Under the pieces are notes generated by a model. The model saw nothing but the letters and a program-made list of their open reading frames with translations, did not search any database and was not told the DNA's origin. Both the position numbers and the translations under genes were made by a program. Positions 9,174 through 18,092 of a DNA stretch of 20,000 bases are shown here, piece by piece (position 1 is the first letter of the stretch; each line of letters starts with the position of its first letter). Source of the DNA: an uncultured virus (IMG/VR IMGVR_UViG_3300038312_000089) (lineage: Duplodnaviria; Heunggongvirae; Uroviricota; Caudoviricetes); the IMG/VR virus record IMGVR_UViG_3300038312_000089; one strand, written 5' to 3'.

Positions 9174-9195
9174 GGGGCGGTCACGAAACCGCCCC
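9174..9195 (+). promoter_or_regulatory. GC-rich stem-loop between the major tail gene and the chaperone gene
   Basis: GGGGCGGT-cacgaa-ACCGCCCC, a perfect 8-bp stem. There is no following U-tract, and the RBS AGGAG lies 5 nt downstream. Confidence 0.6.
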
Positions 9196-9208
9196 CTACA
9201 GGAGTAAT

Positions 9209-9532
9209 ATGGAAAAGTTTGCTATTGAAATGATTTTGTACGATGAGGACAGTAAGCCAAAAGCAACCCACCGACAGAGCTTTGTGCCCTTCCGTCTGCT
9301 GAAAGAAGCAGTCAAGTTGCAGGAATATGTAAGCGAGCTGCAGGATCCGCAAAAAATGAAGCCGGAAACGATTGATAATCTGGCTGATTTCGTGGTGGCG
9401 TTCTTTGGGAACAAGTTCAGCAGAGAAGATTTGCTGGACGGCGCCGAGCTCTCGGAAGTAATGACCGTAATTAACCAGATTGTCACCAAAATCAATGGCG
9501 GTGCAAACCCTACCCTTCCTCCGGTGGAATAG
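9209..9532 (+). CDS. Tail assembly chaperone (gpG-like)
   Basis: Between MTP and TMP, RBS AGGAG, motif LADFVVAFFGNKFSREDLLDG. Ends just after a slippery heptamer. Confidence 0.85.
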   Translation: MEKFAIEMILYDEDSKPKATHRQSFVPFRLLKEAVKLQEYVSELQDPQKMKPETIDNLADFVVAFFGNKFSREDLLDGAELSEVMTVINQIVTKINGGANPTLPPVE

Positions 9533-9720
9533 AACCGGAGGATGATGAGCGGGATATGCTGGAGGTTCTGCTGGATATGCAGCTGACACTGATCCAAGTG
9601 TTTGGCTGGTCCCTGGCAGATATCGACCGGACAGATGCAGTGAGCCTTTTTGATCTGATGCGTCATATTGGCAGGAGCCAGGCGCCGAAGCCGGTTTTTG
9701 CTGATGAAGTGGAGTGGTAA
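9505..9720 (+). CDS. Frameshifted extension of the tail chaperone (gpT part of gpGT), not in the ORF track
   Basis: The -1 frame is open from the heptamer AAACCCT (9505-9511) to TAA at 9718-9720: ...YPSSGGIEPEDDERDMLEVLLDMQLTLIQVFGWSLADIDRTDAVSLFDLMRHIGRSQAPKPVFADEVEW. Confidence 0.8.
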   Translation, partial: KPYPSSGGIEPEDDERDMLEVLLDMQLTLIQVFGWSLADIDRTDAVSLFDLMRHIGRSQAPKPVFADEVEW

Positions 9721-9722
9721 TA

Positions 9723-12203
9723 ATGGCAGGTAGCGGAGATTCACTCAGCTCTAACATGTCGTTGGACTCAACCGATTTCAAGGCGGGGATTTCTGCAGCG
9801 AATCGGGAGCTGCGGCTTTTGGACAGCGGTTTCAAAGCCAGTGTCGCCACGTTGGGAGATTGGTCTAAAAGCTCCGATGGGCTAAACCAGCGGATCTCAA
9901 CGCTCAATCAGGCGATTGGGGTGCAAGCGGGCAAAGTTAACTCCTTGCAAGAGGAGTACTCCCGCGTGGCAGAAGAGAAGGGAGCAACGAGCCGAGCAGC
10001 CCAGGAGCTGCAAATCCAGCTGAATAAGGAAACCGAAAAGCTGAACAAAATGTCTCTTGAGCTGGTTAATACCGAAAAAGCGCTTGATGATATGGGAAGT
10101 GAATCCCAGGACACCGCCAAAGAAACAAAAAAGGTCGGCGAGGAATCTAAGAAGGCAGAAAAGGAAGTTAAGACTTTTGGCGATCGGCTGAAAGACCTGG
10201 GAAAAGGTACCGCCTCTGTGCTCGCAGGTGTAGGGGATAAGTTGGCTTCGATTGGTAAGGCGGCTGGTATTGCAATGGGCGCTATCGTTGTTGCTGCCGG
10301 AGCAGCTGCTCTAAAACTGGGGCAGGAAGTCATCAAAGCTTACGCGGCGTATGAGCAGCTGGTTGGCGGCGTGGACACGCTGTTTGGAGAGTCATCCAAA
10401 ACTGTGCAGGCGTATGCCGAAAACGCTTACAAGACCGCCGGAATGTCTGCCAATCAGTACATGGAGACGGTGACAGGTTTTTCAGCCAGCCTTATCCAAT
10501 CTCTGGGCGGTGATACCGAAAAAGCAGCGGGCATTGCTGACATGGCAATAACGGATATGTCGGATAATGCCAACAAAATGGGCACGGATATCGCGTCCAT
10601 TCAAAATACATACCAAGGGTTTGCGAAACAGAACTATACGATGCTCGATAACCTGAAGCTGGGTTATGGCGGCACGAAAACAGAAATGGAGCGTCTGCTT
10701 GCCGATGCTGAGAAAATTTCAGGCATCAAATATGATATTTCGTCTTTCGCAGATGTTACAGAGGCAATCCACGTCATCCAGACTGAAATGGGGATCACCG
10801 GCACGACTGCAAAAGAAGCCACAGAGACGATATCTGGCTCAGTCTCCGGGATGCAAGCTGCTATCGCTAACTTAATGGCGGGTCTTGGAAACTCAGATGC
10901 TGATATCAAAACCTTGATCGGTAATGTGGTTGAGGGGTTCCAGAACGTGCTGAAAAACATTACGCCGGTTATAGAAAACATTGTGATGGCTTTACCTCCC
11001 GCCCTAGGTGGAATAATCACCGCTATTGGGGATCTGCTGCCAACGTTGCTCACAACGGTAACTGTTCTGTTTTCGCAGGTACTGACAACTATCCTTGCGC
11101 TGCTACCGGACTTGATACCAGCAGCTGTAGGTGCTTTGATGACCATCATCGGTGCCCTGGTTGACAATCTGCCGCTACTCATTGGAGCTGCTGTACAGTT
11201 GGTCACCACGCTTGTTGAGGGGCTAACAGCCGCTCTCCCGGAATTAATCCCAGCTGCGATTGATGCAATCATAACAATTGTCCAAGGGCTGATGGACAGC
11301 ATGCCCATGCTGCTCAACGCCGCCTTGCAACTGGTTATCGGGCTGGCATCAGGGATTTCGAATGCACTGCCACAGCTGATGACCATGATCGCTACAATAA
11401 TTCCTGAAGTGGTTGTCACTTTGATTAATAACCTCCCACTTCTGATCGGAGCGGCGATGCAAGTGATAACCGCCCTGATGAATGGACTAATCCAAGCTCT
11501 GCCCGTGTTGATTGGGTATGTGCCCGAGATCATCATCGCTATCGTCGGTGCACTTTTGCAATCATTACCAATGATCTTCGATTCCGGGAAACAAATTATT
11601 GATAGTCTGATCAATGGAATTAAGAGCTTGTTTTCAGCACTTCGAGGTAGCGGATCGGATGCGGTCAAGAACCTCGTTGCTGGGATAGGAACATGGCTAA
11701 GCAAGATGGGCTCAAAGGCAAAGGAACTCATGACCAACTTCATCAATGGGATCAAAGGGTCTTTTTCGAACCTTAGAGAGATTGGAAAAAACATCGTTGA
11801 CGGTCTTTGGGAGGGAATAACGAATAGTTGGTCGACATTAGTTGCAAACATCAAAGCGAAATTTAAAGAACTCTTCTCTAATATCAAGGATTTGCTGGGG
11901 ATTTCATCGCCATCAAAGCTCTTCGCGGATGGAATTGGAGTTCCTATCGCCCAAGGTATCGGCTTTGGATTCTTGAAGGAAATGGACAATGTGGAGCGGT
12001 CAATGCGGATGACGATCGCAGGATTGATGCCGGCTGTGGAATCAACTATCCCCGGAGGAGGTATGCAACCTGCTTTTGCCGGCGTTGGTCAGGCGAGCGC
12101 AGTGGAAAGATCGCCAGTGATAATCAACGTCAACCCCAGCGAGCCGATTGATTATGAGCTTCTGGCCAACAAAGTGGCCAGAAAAGTGACGGAGGGCTGG
12201 TAA
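9723..12203 (+). CDS. Tail tape measure protein
   Basis: ATG at 9723 after GGAG. Motif LDSTDFKAGISAANREL, coiled-coil N-terminus, about 22-aa LP..I.AA..L repeats, C-terminal LGISSPSKLF. 826 aa. Confidence 0.95.
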   Translation: MAGSGDSLSSNMSLDSTDFKAGISAANRELRLLDSGFKASVATLGDWSKSSDGLNQRISTLNQAIGVQAGKVNSLQEEYSRVAEEKGATSRAAQELQIQLNKETEKLNKMSLELVNTEKALDDMGSESQDTAKETKKVGEESKKAEKEVKTFGDRLKDLGKGTASVLAGVGDKLASIGKAAGIAMGAIVVAAGAAALKLGQEVIKAYAAYEQLVGGVDTLFGESSKTVQAYAENAYKTAGMSANQYMETVTGFSASLIQSLGGDTEKAAGIADMAITDMSDNANKMGTDIASIQNTYQGFAKQNYTMLDNLKLGYGGTKTEMERLLADAEKISGIKYDISSFADVTEAIHVIQTEMGITGTTAKEATETISGSVSGMQAAIANLMAGLGNSDADIKTLIGNVVEGFQNVLKNITPVIENIVMALPPALGGIITAIGDLLPTLLTTVTVLFSQVLTTILALLPDLIPAAVGALMTIIGALVDNLPLLIGAAVQLVTTLVEGLTAALPELIPAAIDAIITIVQGLMDSMPMLLNAALQLVIGLASGISNALPQLMTMIATIIPEVVVTLINNLPLLIGAAMQVITALMNGLIQALPVLIGYVPEIIIAIVGALLQSLPMIFDSGKQIIDSLINGIKSLFSALRGSGSDAVKNLVAGIGTWLSKMGSKAKELMTNFINGIKGSFSNLREIGKNIVDGLWEGITNSWSTLVANIKAKFKELFSNIKDLLGISSPSKLFADGIGVPIAQGIGFGFLKEMDNVERSMRMTIAGLMPAVESTIPGGGMQPAFAGVGQASAVERSPVIINVNPSEPIDYELLANKVARKVTEGW

Positions 12204-13510
12204 TGGGATGCAGCTTAGTCTTTGTCTCTGGCAATCAACGGATTGATCTGAATGAGAGAGTTGGCCTGTTTTTGCAGGCTGGTTATGGTCCTACGGTTGA
12301 CGTTCATGCAAAAACGATAACGGAATCAGTTAAAGTGCAAATGCGCGGACCAATCTCAGCAAACATCCAAACTTTGAACCGCTGGTTCGAACGTGCCAGG
12401 AAAAAGGATCCCGCGTTGGATCCGGTTTACCTGGAATATAAAGTGGCAGAAGGCGAGACTGCCTGGAGAAGCCAAATTTATGATGGCGCCGTGACAGTTG
12501 ACAGTGCGATCAGCCGGGAGTACACCCGAGGTCGGGTAAATGTCGAGATCTCGTTTGAACGAGACCCGTTTTGGGAGGGTCCGGAAACAGTTTTGCCAAT
12601 TGGGAATGTTAATGGTGGCACTCAGGCCAGGGTTTTTAATGCCAACGATGGTGCTGGAACAGTGCCCAATCAAAGGATCAATTCTGCCTATGTGACTGCT
12701 AACCTGATTCAGGGTGATCTGCCAACACCAGTAAAATTGACCATCGAAAATTTGTACACGTATGATCTCGGACATTTGTGGATTGGAATGAACAATACCC
12801 GCCCCAACTGGAACACCGGTTGGATGCTTGAAGCGGAAAGCGCGATTGGTGTGACGCCCGTGAGTGCTGCAGGGGCAAGTGGCGGAGCGATCGCACAAGG
12901 GCAGCTAACCTATGGATCAGCTCAACCAATTTTGCGTTGGTCTATCTCGGACACGCTCATCTCAATGATGAGGGGGCAGCGTTTGAAAATGTTACTGCGC
13001 CCCTGGTACACCGGATCCTATTCGGAATTTAAGTACAGGCTTCGAATTGTCTCTGGAGGAACAACGGTATATGAAACCGACTGGCTGCGTGAATCGCAAA
13101 CCTACGCCAGGCATTGGCTGGATCTGTTTGACTTTCGCATGCCGCCCTGGCTGGAAGGCAAAGAGAACCTGGCTGAACTAACGCTTGAGTTGTGGGCAAC
13201 ACCAACCAGAGCCGGCACCTGGACCTGGGCGTTTGATGACGTGATGCTTTTTGCTGAAGATGGTTTCGTGAACCTGGACACTTTAGTGGTTCCAGGAGGA
13301 AAACTGATCATTGATGGTGATACAGGTTGGAGTGAGGATGCAGCTGGGAAAAAGAGTGGGTTAAAGAAGATGATAGGCTCGCTGATGCTGGTGCCTGGTG
13401 CTTTCCATCTGTTTTATTTCGCACTGCATAGGGTGAACATGAACCAAGCGCCTGCCGATTTTCTGGTTGGAGTGAGCGGGAGTTATCGCCCGAGAAGGTG
13501 GCTATTATGA
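12203..13510 (+). CDS. Distal tail (Dit-like) protein with a probable inserted domain
   Basis: Directly follows the TMP (TAATG overlap). Motifs ISFERDPFWEG, GDLPTP and terminal YRPRRW; 435 aa. Confidence 0.65.
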   Translation: MGCSLVFVSGNQRIDLNERVGLFLQAGYGPTVDVHAKTITESVKVQMRGPISANIQTLNRWFERARKKDPALDPVYLEYKVAEGETAWRSQIYDGAVTVDSAISREYTRGRVNVEISFERDPFWEGPETVLPIGNVNGGTQARVFNANDGAGTVPNQRINSAYVTANLIQGDLPTPVKLTIENLYTYDLGHLWIGMNNTRPNWNTGWMLEAESAIGVTPVSAAGASGGAIAQGQLTYGSAQPILRWSISDTLISMMRGQRLKMLLRPWYTGSYSEFKYRLRIVSGGTTVYETDWLRESQTYARHWLDLFDFRMPPWLEGKENLAELTLELWATPTRAGTWTWAFDDVMLFAEDGFVNLDTLVVPGGKLIIDGDTGWSEDAAGKKSGLKKMIGSLMLVPGAFHLFYFALHRVNMNQAPADFLVGVSGSYRPRRWLL

Positions 13511-15036
13511 AAGTTCGTTTTCTGCAGCGGAATCAACTTATTGAGCAGGTTCTTCCTGCTGGCTTGACAGTCGAAGTTGATCATTATAGCAAAACCGTTT
13601 TTGGTGGCTGCGAAAAAGCTGAGCTCAATATTTCAGGCAAACAAGACCAGCTGCTTGAACTGATCAACTACCTGCGAAACGGCGTGGAGATCTATGATGA
13701 TGCCGGAAACGCGGTTTGGTGGGGTTTCATCGATAGAGTGGAAATCCCAAGGGATCAGGTCATAATCAGCGCAGATCTGGAAGAAATGCACAACAAGATC
13801 GCAGTGGCTTACAACCTGATCTCCGCTGGCGGCAACACGGTTGGGATCAGACGTACTTCCCCCTGGATTTCGGATGATGATTCAGTCGCTAAGTTTGGAA
13901 CCAAAGAACTGCTCGAGAGCGGGGGATCCATGAACGCGGTGGAAGCGGTCGCAATGGCAACCAGATTGCAAAATGAGCGCGGTTTCCCAAGAGTGTTCAC
14001 CACTTCCGGAAACGCAAAAGAAGCCAAAGTCGAATGTTTGGGCTGGTGGCAGACGTTAGGATGGCGGTATACATTTGTGCCAACAGAACTTGCACTATCT
14101 TTTCAGACGATCGGGAACGCTTCCGTCCAGTTGTTGGAAGGTGTGAAAGTGGGCCAAAGCTTTTTGGCAACCTCCGATATCAACCTGGCTGAAATGGAAA
14201 TCCATATTCGAAAAGTCGGCGGACCTGGTGATGTCAGTGTTGAATTGTCTGAATCGGTTGATGGGGTCCCTGGGACTTCAATCAGAAGCGCCACCATTAA
14301 TGCCAACAATATCACAACAACAGCGGAGTGGGTGAGAGCCACCTTCTCAGAAACGCTGGTACTTACACCTGGAAAAACCTATTATTTGACCTTCAGCTCG
14401 TCCTTTTCAACTGAGAGCAGTTACCAGGTGATCACCCTTGACCCCAATCATGGCTATGGCGGTGGGGTTTTTGTTGAATTTGATAGCGGGACCGGCGCCT
14501 GGATCCAGACGACCAAGGACATGCCCTTCCGGCTCTACAACAACGTTTTGACCGAAACGTCTCAGCAACTCCAAAATATCTTGACTGATGCGGGGCAATT
14601 TTTGCAAACGATTTTTATTAATGACCGCAGCAGTCTCTATGCGGAAAGTTACCGAAACGGCGACACGACTGCCCTGACAGAAGCTGAAGATTTTCTGGAG
14701 ATCGGCACCTCGAACAACAAGCGCTTGCTCGCCAGGGTGAATCTGGATCGAACTGTTGAAGTCTGGGAGCAACCAGACGAAACTACAAACCCACCAGTCG
14801 AAATGCGCTCTGACGGCAAGCTCTATTATCCTGCCGGTTCGCAGGTTGAGGAGCATTTTGACCCCACCGGGAAATGGATCTCCATAGAACCGATTCTGTG
14901 GGTGGCGATTGAGACAACTACTCTCACTGGTAAAAAAAGCTTTTTTTGCGATGAAGTCGAGTGGAACAAAGACGGATTGAAATTGAAGCCGGCAAACTGG
15001 CAAAACCCTTACAACCTGAGGATAATCAATGGCTAA
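13507..15036 (+). CDS. Tail tip / baseplate hub (Tal-like) protein
   Basis: ATGA overlap gives a start at 13507. Motifs VEIYDDAGNAVWWGFIDRVE and DSVAKFGTKE; position after the Dit-like gene. Confidence 0.65.
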   Translation: MKVRFLQRNQLIEQVLPAGLTVEVDHYSKTVFGGCEKAELNISGKQDQLLELINYLRNGVEIYDDAGNAVWWGFIDRVEIPRDQVIISADLEEMHNKIAVAYNLISAGGNTVGIRRTSPWISDDDSVAKFGTKELLESGGSMNAVEAVAMATRLQNERGFPRVFTTSGNAKEAKVECLGWWQTLGWRYTFVPTELALSFQTIGNASVQLLEGVKVGQSFLATSDINLAEMEIHIRKVGGPGDVSVELSESVDGVPGTSIRSATINANNITTTAEWVRATFSETLVLTPGKTYYLTFSSSFSTESSYQVITLDPNHGYGGGVFVEFDSGTGAWIQTTKDMPFRLYNNVLTETSQQLQNILTDAGQFLQTIFINDRSSLYAESYRNGDTTALTEAEDFLEIGTSNNKRLLARVNLDRTVEVWEQPDETTNPPVEMRSDGKLYYPAGSQVEEHFDPTGKWISIEPILWVAIETTTLTGKKSFFCDEVEWNKDGLKLKPANWQNPYNLRIING

Positions 15037-16828
15037 CAAAGACCGAATTTCAGACTTGATGAAACGAGCCGCACCCTACCTGACACGCATGTCGGATGAT
15101 GTTGCATCAGATACTGTTGCTAAAGAGATCGATGCGTTGGTCCTGGCACTTGAGTCGCACAAAGCCAGCGTGGATCATGAGCCGTACGATCATACCTGGG
15201 CGGGAAATAACAGCTTCCTTAAAGATATTTTGGTCAACACAATCCTTCCACTGATGCCTGACACGTACGATATCGGCTCTGATACCTACCGCTTCAGGAA
15301 GGGGTTCTTTTCCGAGCTGTCCAGCCTGATCTTCAAAAAAGAGAATGTCGTGATCATGGATGGGCAGTTCCTGGTGACAAAGATGGCTGGGGCATTGGCA
15401 GCGACTGCCCTTGCTGGTGCTGGGGTAATGGATTTTGGCAGGGAGATGATCGTCGGAGATTTCGTCTTGTTCCGGGGTGAAGGAAAGATTGAGTACGTTA
15501 AGGTTGGTTCCGCGGTTATTATCGGGCAGACCCTCTACAATGTTTCCCGCAACCTTGATGGCAGCGGCGCCAATGATTGGTCTGAAGGAACCCCCTTTGC
15601 AGTCCTGGGTAGTGAGGGAGAGGGTTGGCTCGAACTCAATGCGATCGACCGTAAGCGGTTCAGTGTCTGGGCACAAGGCAGCGACTACAACAACAGTTTG
15701 GAGATCGGCAGGTTCGGCGATATCACCGGCTGGCAGAACGCCCCCTACACTGGGATGGGCATAGCGCTTGGTGATTATGCCAACGGCAAGTACTTGCTCT
15801 ACACCAAAACGGATGGCATGATCGTCAAGGGTGGAACCATCATTGCCGGCGATGGCAAGGTCATAATAGACGAAAACGGATTGAGATTATTCACCGAGAC
15901 AGTCTATAACGATTACACATCCCCATCATCTATAAAATTTATCCATGATGGGGTTAACTTCGGAGGTATATATGGCAGCGGCAGTCCGTCTGATGTTGGT
16001 ATCCAACAAAAAATCTATGGCGCGCCAGGGCAGATAATTAATAATTGGGACATAGCAGTAGCTAAAGACACGGGTGTCGTATACAAGTTAACGAATGCCA
16101 TGAGAGAGGGGGTGTATGGCAATTCGTATATCTTGGACGTAGCTAATTATGAGGCCGAGGTTTCAGAATCAGAGTCGCTGATAGAAATTAAAGCCAGGCA
16201 CAGCCTACTTGATACCGACCCTGTTGTTTACTATACCGCCTTGTTAAAAATATGGGCGCGGGTCGATGAATCCTTGATTGCCCTTACTGCTGAAAAAATT
16301 GATCTCACAGCTCCGAATGGGATCATTGTCACCGGCACCCTCAAAGATCAAAGCGGAGTAGAGTATCTTAAAACAACGGGCAAAGCGGCTGACAGCAACA
16401 AGCTTGATGGAAAGACGTTCGCTCAAGTGATGTTATCCATTTACCCCGTCGGTGCAATTTTTATGAGTAGCTCCTCAACAAACCCCGGCACATTGTTTGG
16501 TGGAACCTGGGAAGAATATGGACAAGGACGCGTACTTGTTGGGAAGGCTACCTCGGGAACATTTGCAACCGCAGGAAGTACTGGTGGCGCTGAAACTCAT
16601 TCTCACGGATTGTCAGCAGGTTTTGCAAAGATTGCGTCATCAGTCGATGGCTGGATTGCGATGGCTCGTAAAGCGGTGTCAACTTGGACCATCACCCATA
16701 AGAACGCCGCTACAAATAACTCCACATTAGGAACGTCATCAATAGGCGCTGACTTGGGTGGTACTACCGATTCAGGCTCGACATTACAGCCCTATGTGGT
16801 CGTTTACATGTGGAGACGAACAGCATAA
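15029..16828 (+). CDS. Tail fibre / receptor-binding protein with a C-terminal T4 gp10-like (YPVG) domain
   Basis: Motifs ILP...DTYDIGS, linker KAADSNKLDGK, C-terminal SIYPVGAIFMS...NPGTLFGGTWE..GQGRVLVG...STGGAETH...LQPYVVVYMWRRTA. Confidence 0.8.
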   Translation: MANKDRISDLMKRAAPYLTRMSDDVASDTVAKEIDALVLALESHKASVDHEPYDHTWAGNNSFLKDILVNTILPLMPDTYDIGSDTYRFRKGFFSELSSLIFKKENVVIMDGQFLVTKMAGALAATALAGAGVMDFGREMIVGDFVLFRGEGKIEYVKVGSAVIIGQTLYNVSRNLDGSGANDWSEGTPFAVLGSEGEGWLELNAIDRKRFSVWAQGSDYNNSLEIGRFGDITGWQNAPYTGMGIALGDYANGKYLLYTKTDGMIVKGGTIIAGDGKVIIDENGLRLFTETVYNDYTSPSSIKFIHDGVNFGGIYGSGSPSDVGIQQKIYGAPGQIINNWDIAVAKDTGVVYKLTNAMREGVYGNSYILDVANYEAEVSESESLIEIKARHSLLDTDPVVYYTALLKIWARVDESLIALTAEKIDLTAPNGIIVTGTLKDQSGVEYLKTTGKAADSNKLDGKTFAQVMLSIYPVGAIFMSSSSTNPGTLFGGTWEEYGQGRVLVGKATSGTFATAGSTGGAETHSHGLSAGFAKIASSVDGWIAMARKAVSTWTITHKNAATNNSTLGTSSIGADLGGTTDSGSTLQPYVVVYMWRRTA

Positions 16829-16844
16829 AGCAGGAGGCTTTGAA

Positions 16845-18092
16845 ATGGATTATCCATTTGGAATTGACATCAGCAAACATCAAGGCACAAATGACTTTGT
16901 GAAGATGAAAGCCAACACCGCTTTTGTGTTCGTCAAGGCTACTGAGAGTTGGGGCTACACAGACCCAAAGTTCTACGCAAACTGGCAAGGGCTTATCGGT
17001 CACAATAGGGGAGCGTACTGCTACGTCTGGCTATCAGACGACCCACTCAGGCAAGCGAATCACCTCATTGATATCGTGGCTAACGCAGGCGTTGATTGGC
17101 GATACGATCGCTTGGTACTCGACCTTGAAAAGAGCGGACACGGACTATCGAAAGCAGAAGTCACAAGACGCGTACTCGTGATGATGGAACGGATAAAAGA
17201 AATCACGGGTAGATATCCGATTCTTTACTCTCGCAAGTACTGGCTACAGGACAATATGCTTATCACCGACCCACGATTGATTAATGCTGACTGGTGGTTG
17301 GCTTATTATCGAACGGCACTGCCGTATCCTTTGTTTACACCTGAGATGCCGTCACCGCCATTGATGCCTAATGGTGTGAGTAAGTGGCTCATTCACCAGA
17401 CTTGTGAGCGGGGCAAAGGGCGTGAGGTCGGCGTTGGCAGTTACTACGTTGACCAAAACCGATTCAATGGCACAAGAGCCGAACTTGACAGCTTCTTTGG
17501 GCGCGGCACGAATATTTACCTTCCGATTATCACCAAACCAGAACCAGTTGAAGATGACTGGACTGGACTACTGAGAGTGAAGTTGTGGTCACAGCACGAC
17601 CCACGTTGGGGCGGCGACCGCATGGGTGAATCCTACTGGAGGCTCACAGAAAAAGGCTGCCTGGTTACCAGCGTGGCTATCTATCTGGATTTTCTGGGAA
17701 TAGATACCGACCCAGAACAATACAACCAGTTACTTGGCATTCATGGGGGATATCAATACGTTACCGAAAATGGTATCAAATATGCGAATATGTACTGGAG
17801 AATTCCAGGCGTGCTATTTCCTGAGATTCAAAAGGATCTCGCTGACTACACCTGGTACTGGAATGGCACTGGCTGGGAAACACAGGCACGCTCCATACTG
17901 AGTAGCAAACGCCCTGTGTTAGGTCTCGTGGATATGTACGCAGGCGGTGCACTCAATCAGCATTGGGTCGTCATTGTCGGTGAACGTGCTAATGGTTGGT
18001 GGGCAGTTGATCCGGATACGGGCACGTTGATTAATCTCAGTAAATATCAAAATAAAGTATATCGAATCGTTAGCTATCGGAGGCTTCAATGA
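16845..18092 (+). CDS. Endolysin: N-terminal GH25 muramidase plus C-terminal C39-like cysteine peptidase domain
   Basis: RBS AGGAGG before the ATG at 16845. GH25 motifs GIDISKHQG, FVFVKATE, VLDLE, YPILYS and VDQNRFNG. C-terminal motifs SQHDPRW...GCLVTS...HWVVIVG...VDP. Confidence 0.88.
   Translation: MDYPFGIDISKHQGTNDFVKMKANTAFVFVKATESWGYTDPKFYANWQGLIGHNRGAYCYVWLSDDPLRQANHLIDIVANAGVDWRYDRLVLDLEKSGHGLSKAEVTRRVLVMMERIKEITGRYPILYSRKYWLQDNMLITDPRLINADWWLAYYRTALPYPLFTPEMPSPPLMPNGVSKWLIHQTCERGKGREVGVGSYYVDQNRFNGTRAELDSFFGRGTNIYLPIITKPEPVEDDWTGLLRVKLWSQHDPRWGGDRMGESYWRLTEKGCLVTSVAIYLDFLGIDTDPEQYNQLLGIHGGYQYVTENGIKYANMYWRIPGVLFPEIQKDLADYTWYWNGTGWETQARSILSSKRPVLGLVDMYAGGALNQHWVVIVGERANGWWAVDPDTGTLINLSKYQNKVYRIVSYRRLQ

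Noticed and set aside
8729..9907. 392-aa minus-strand ORF spanning MTP, chaperones and the TMP start
   Set aside because: Entirely overlaps well-supported + strand genes, and the translation has no protein-like motifs. The length is notable but best explained as a shadow ORF.
10664..11989. 441-aa minus-strand ORF
   Set aside because: Antisense shadow of the hydrophobic, repetitive tape measure gene; no recognisable motifs.
14932..14947. Perfect palindrome AAAAAAAGCTTTTTTT as a slippage or frameshift site
   Set aside because: It lies inside the CDS (KKSFF). Both shifted frames hit stops within about 16 codons and do not fuse to the next gene; low complexity makes chance likely.
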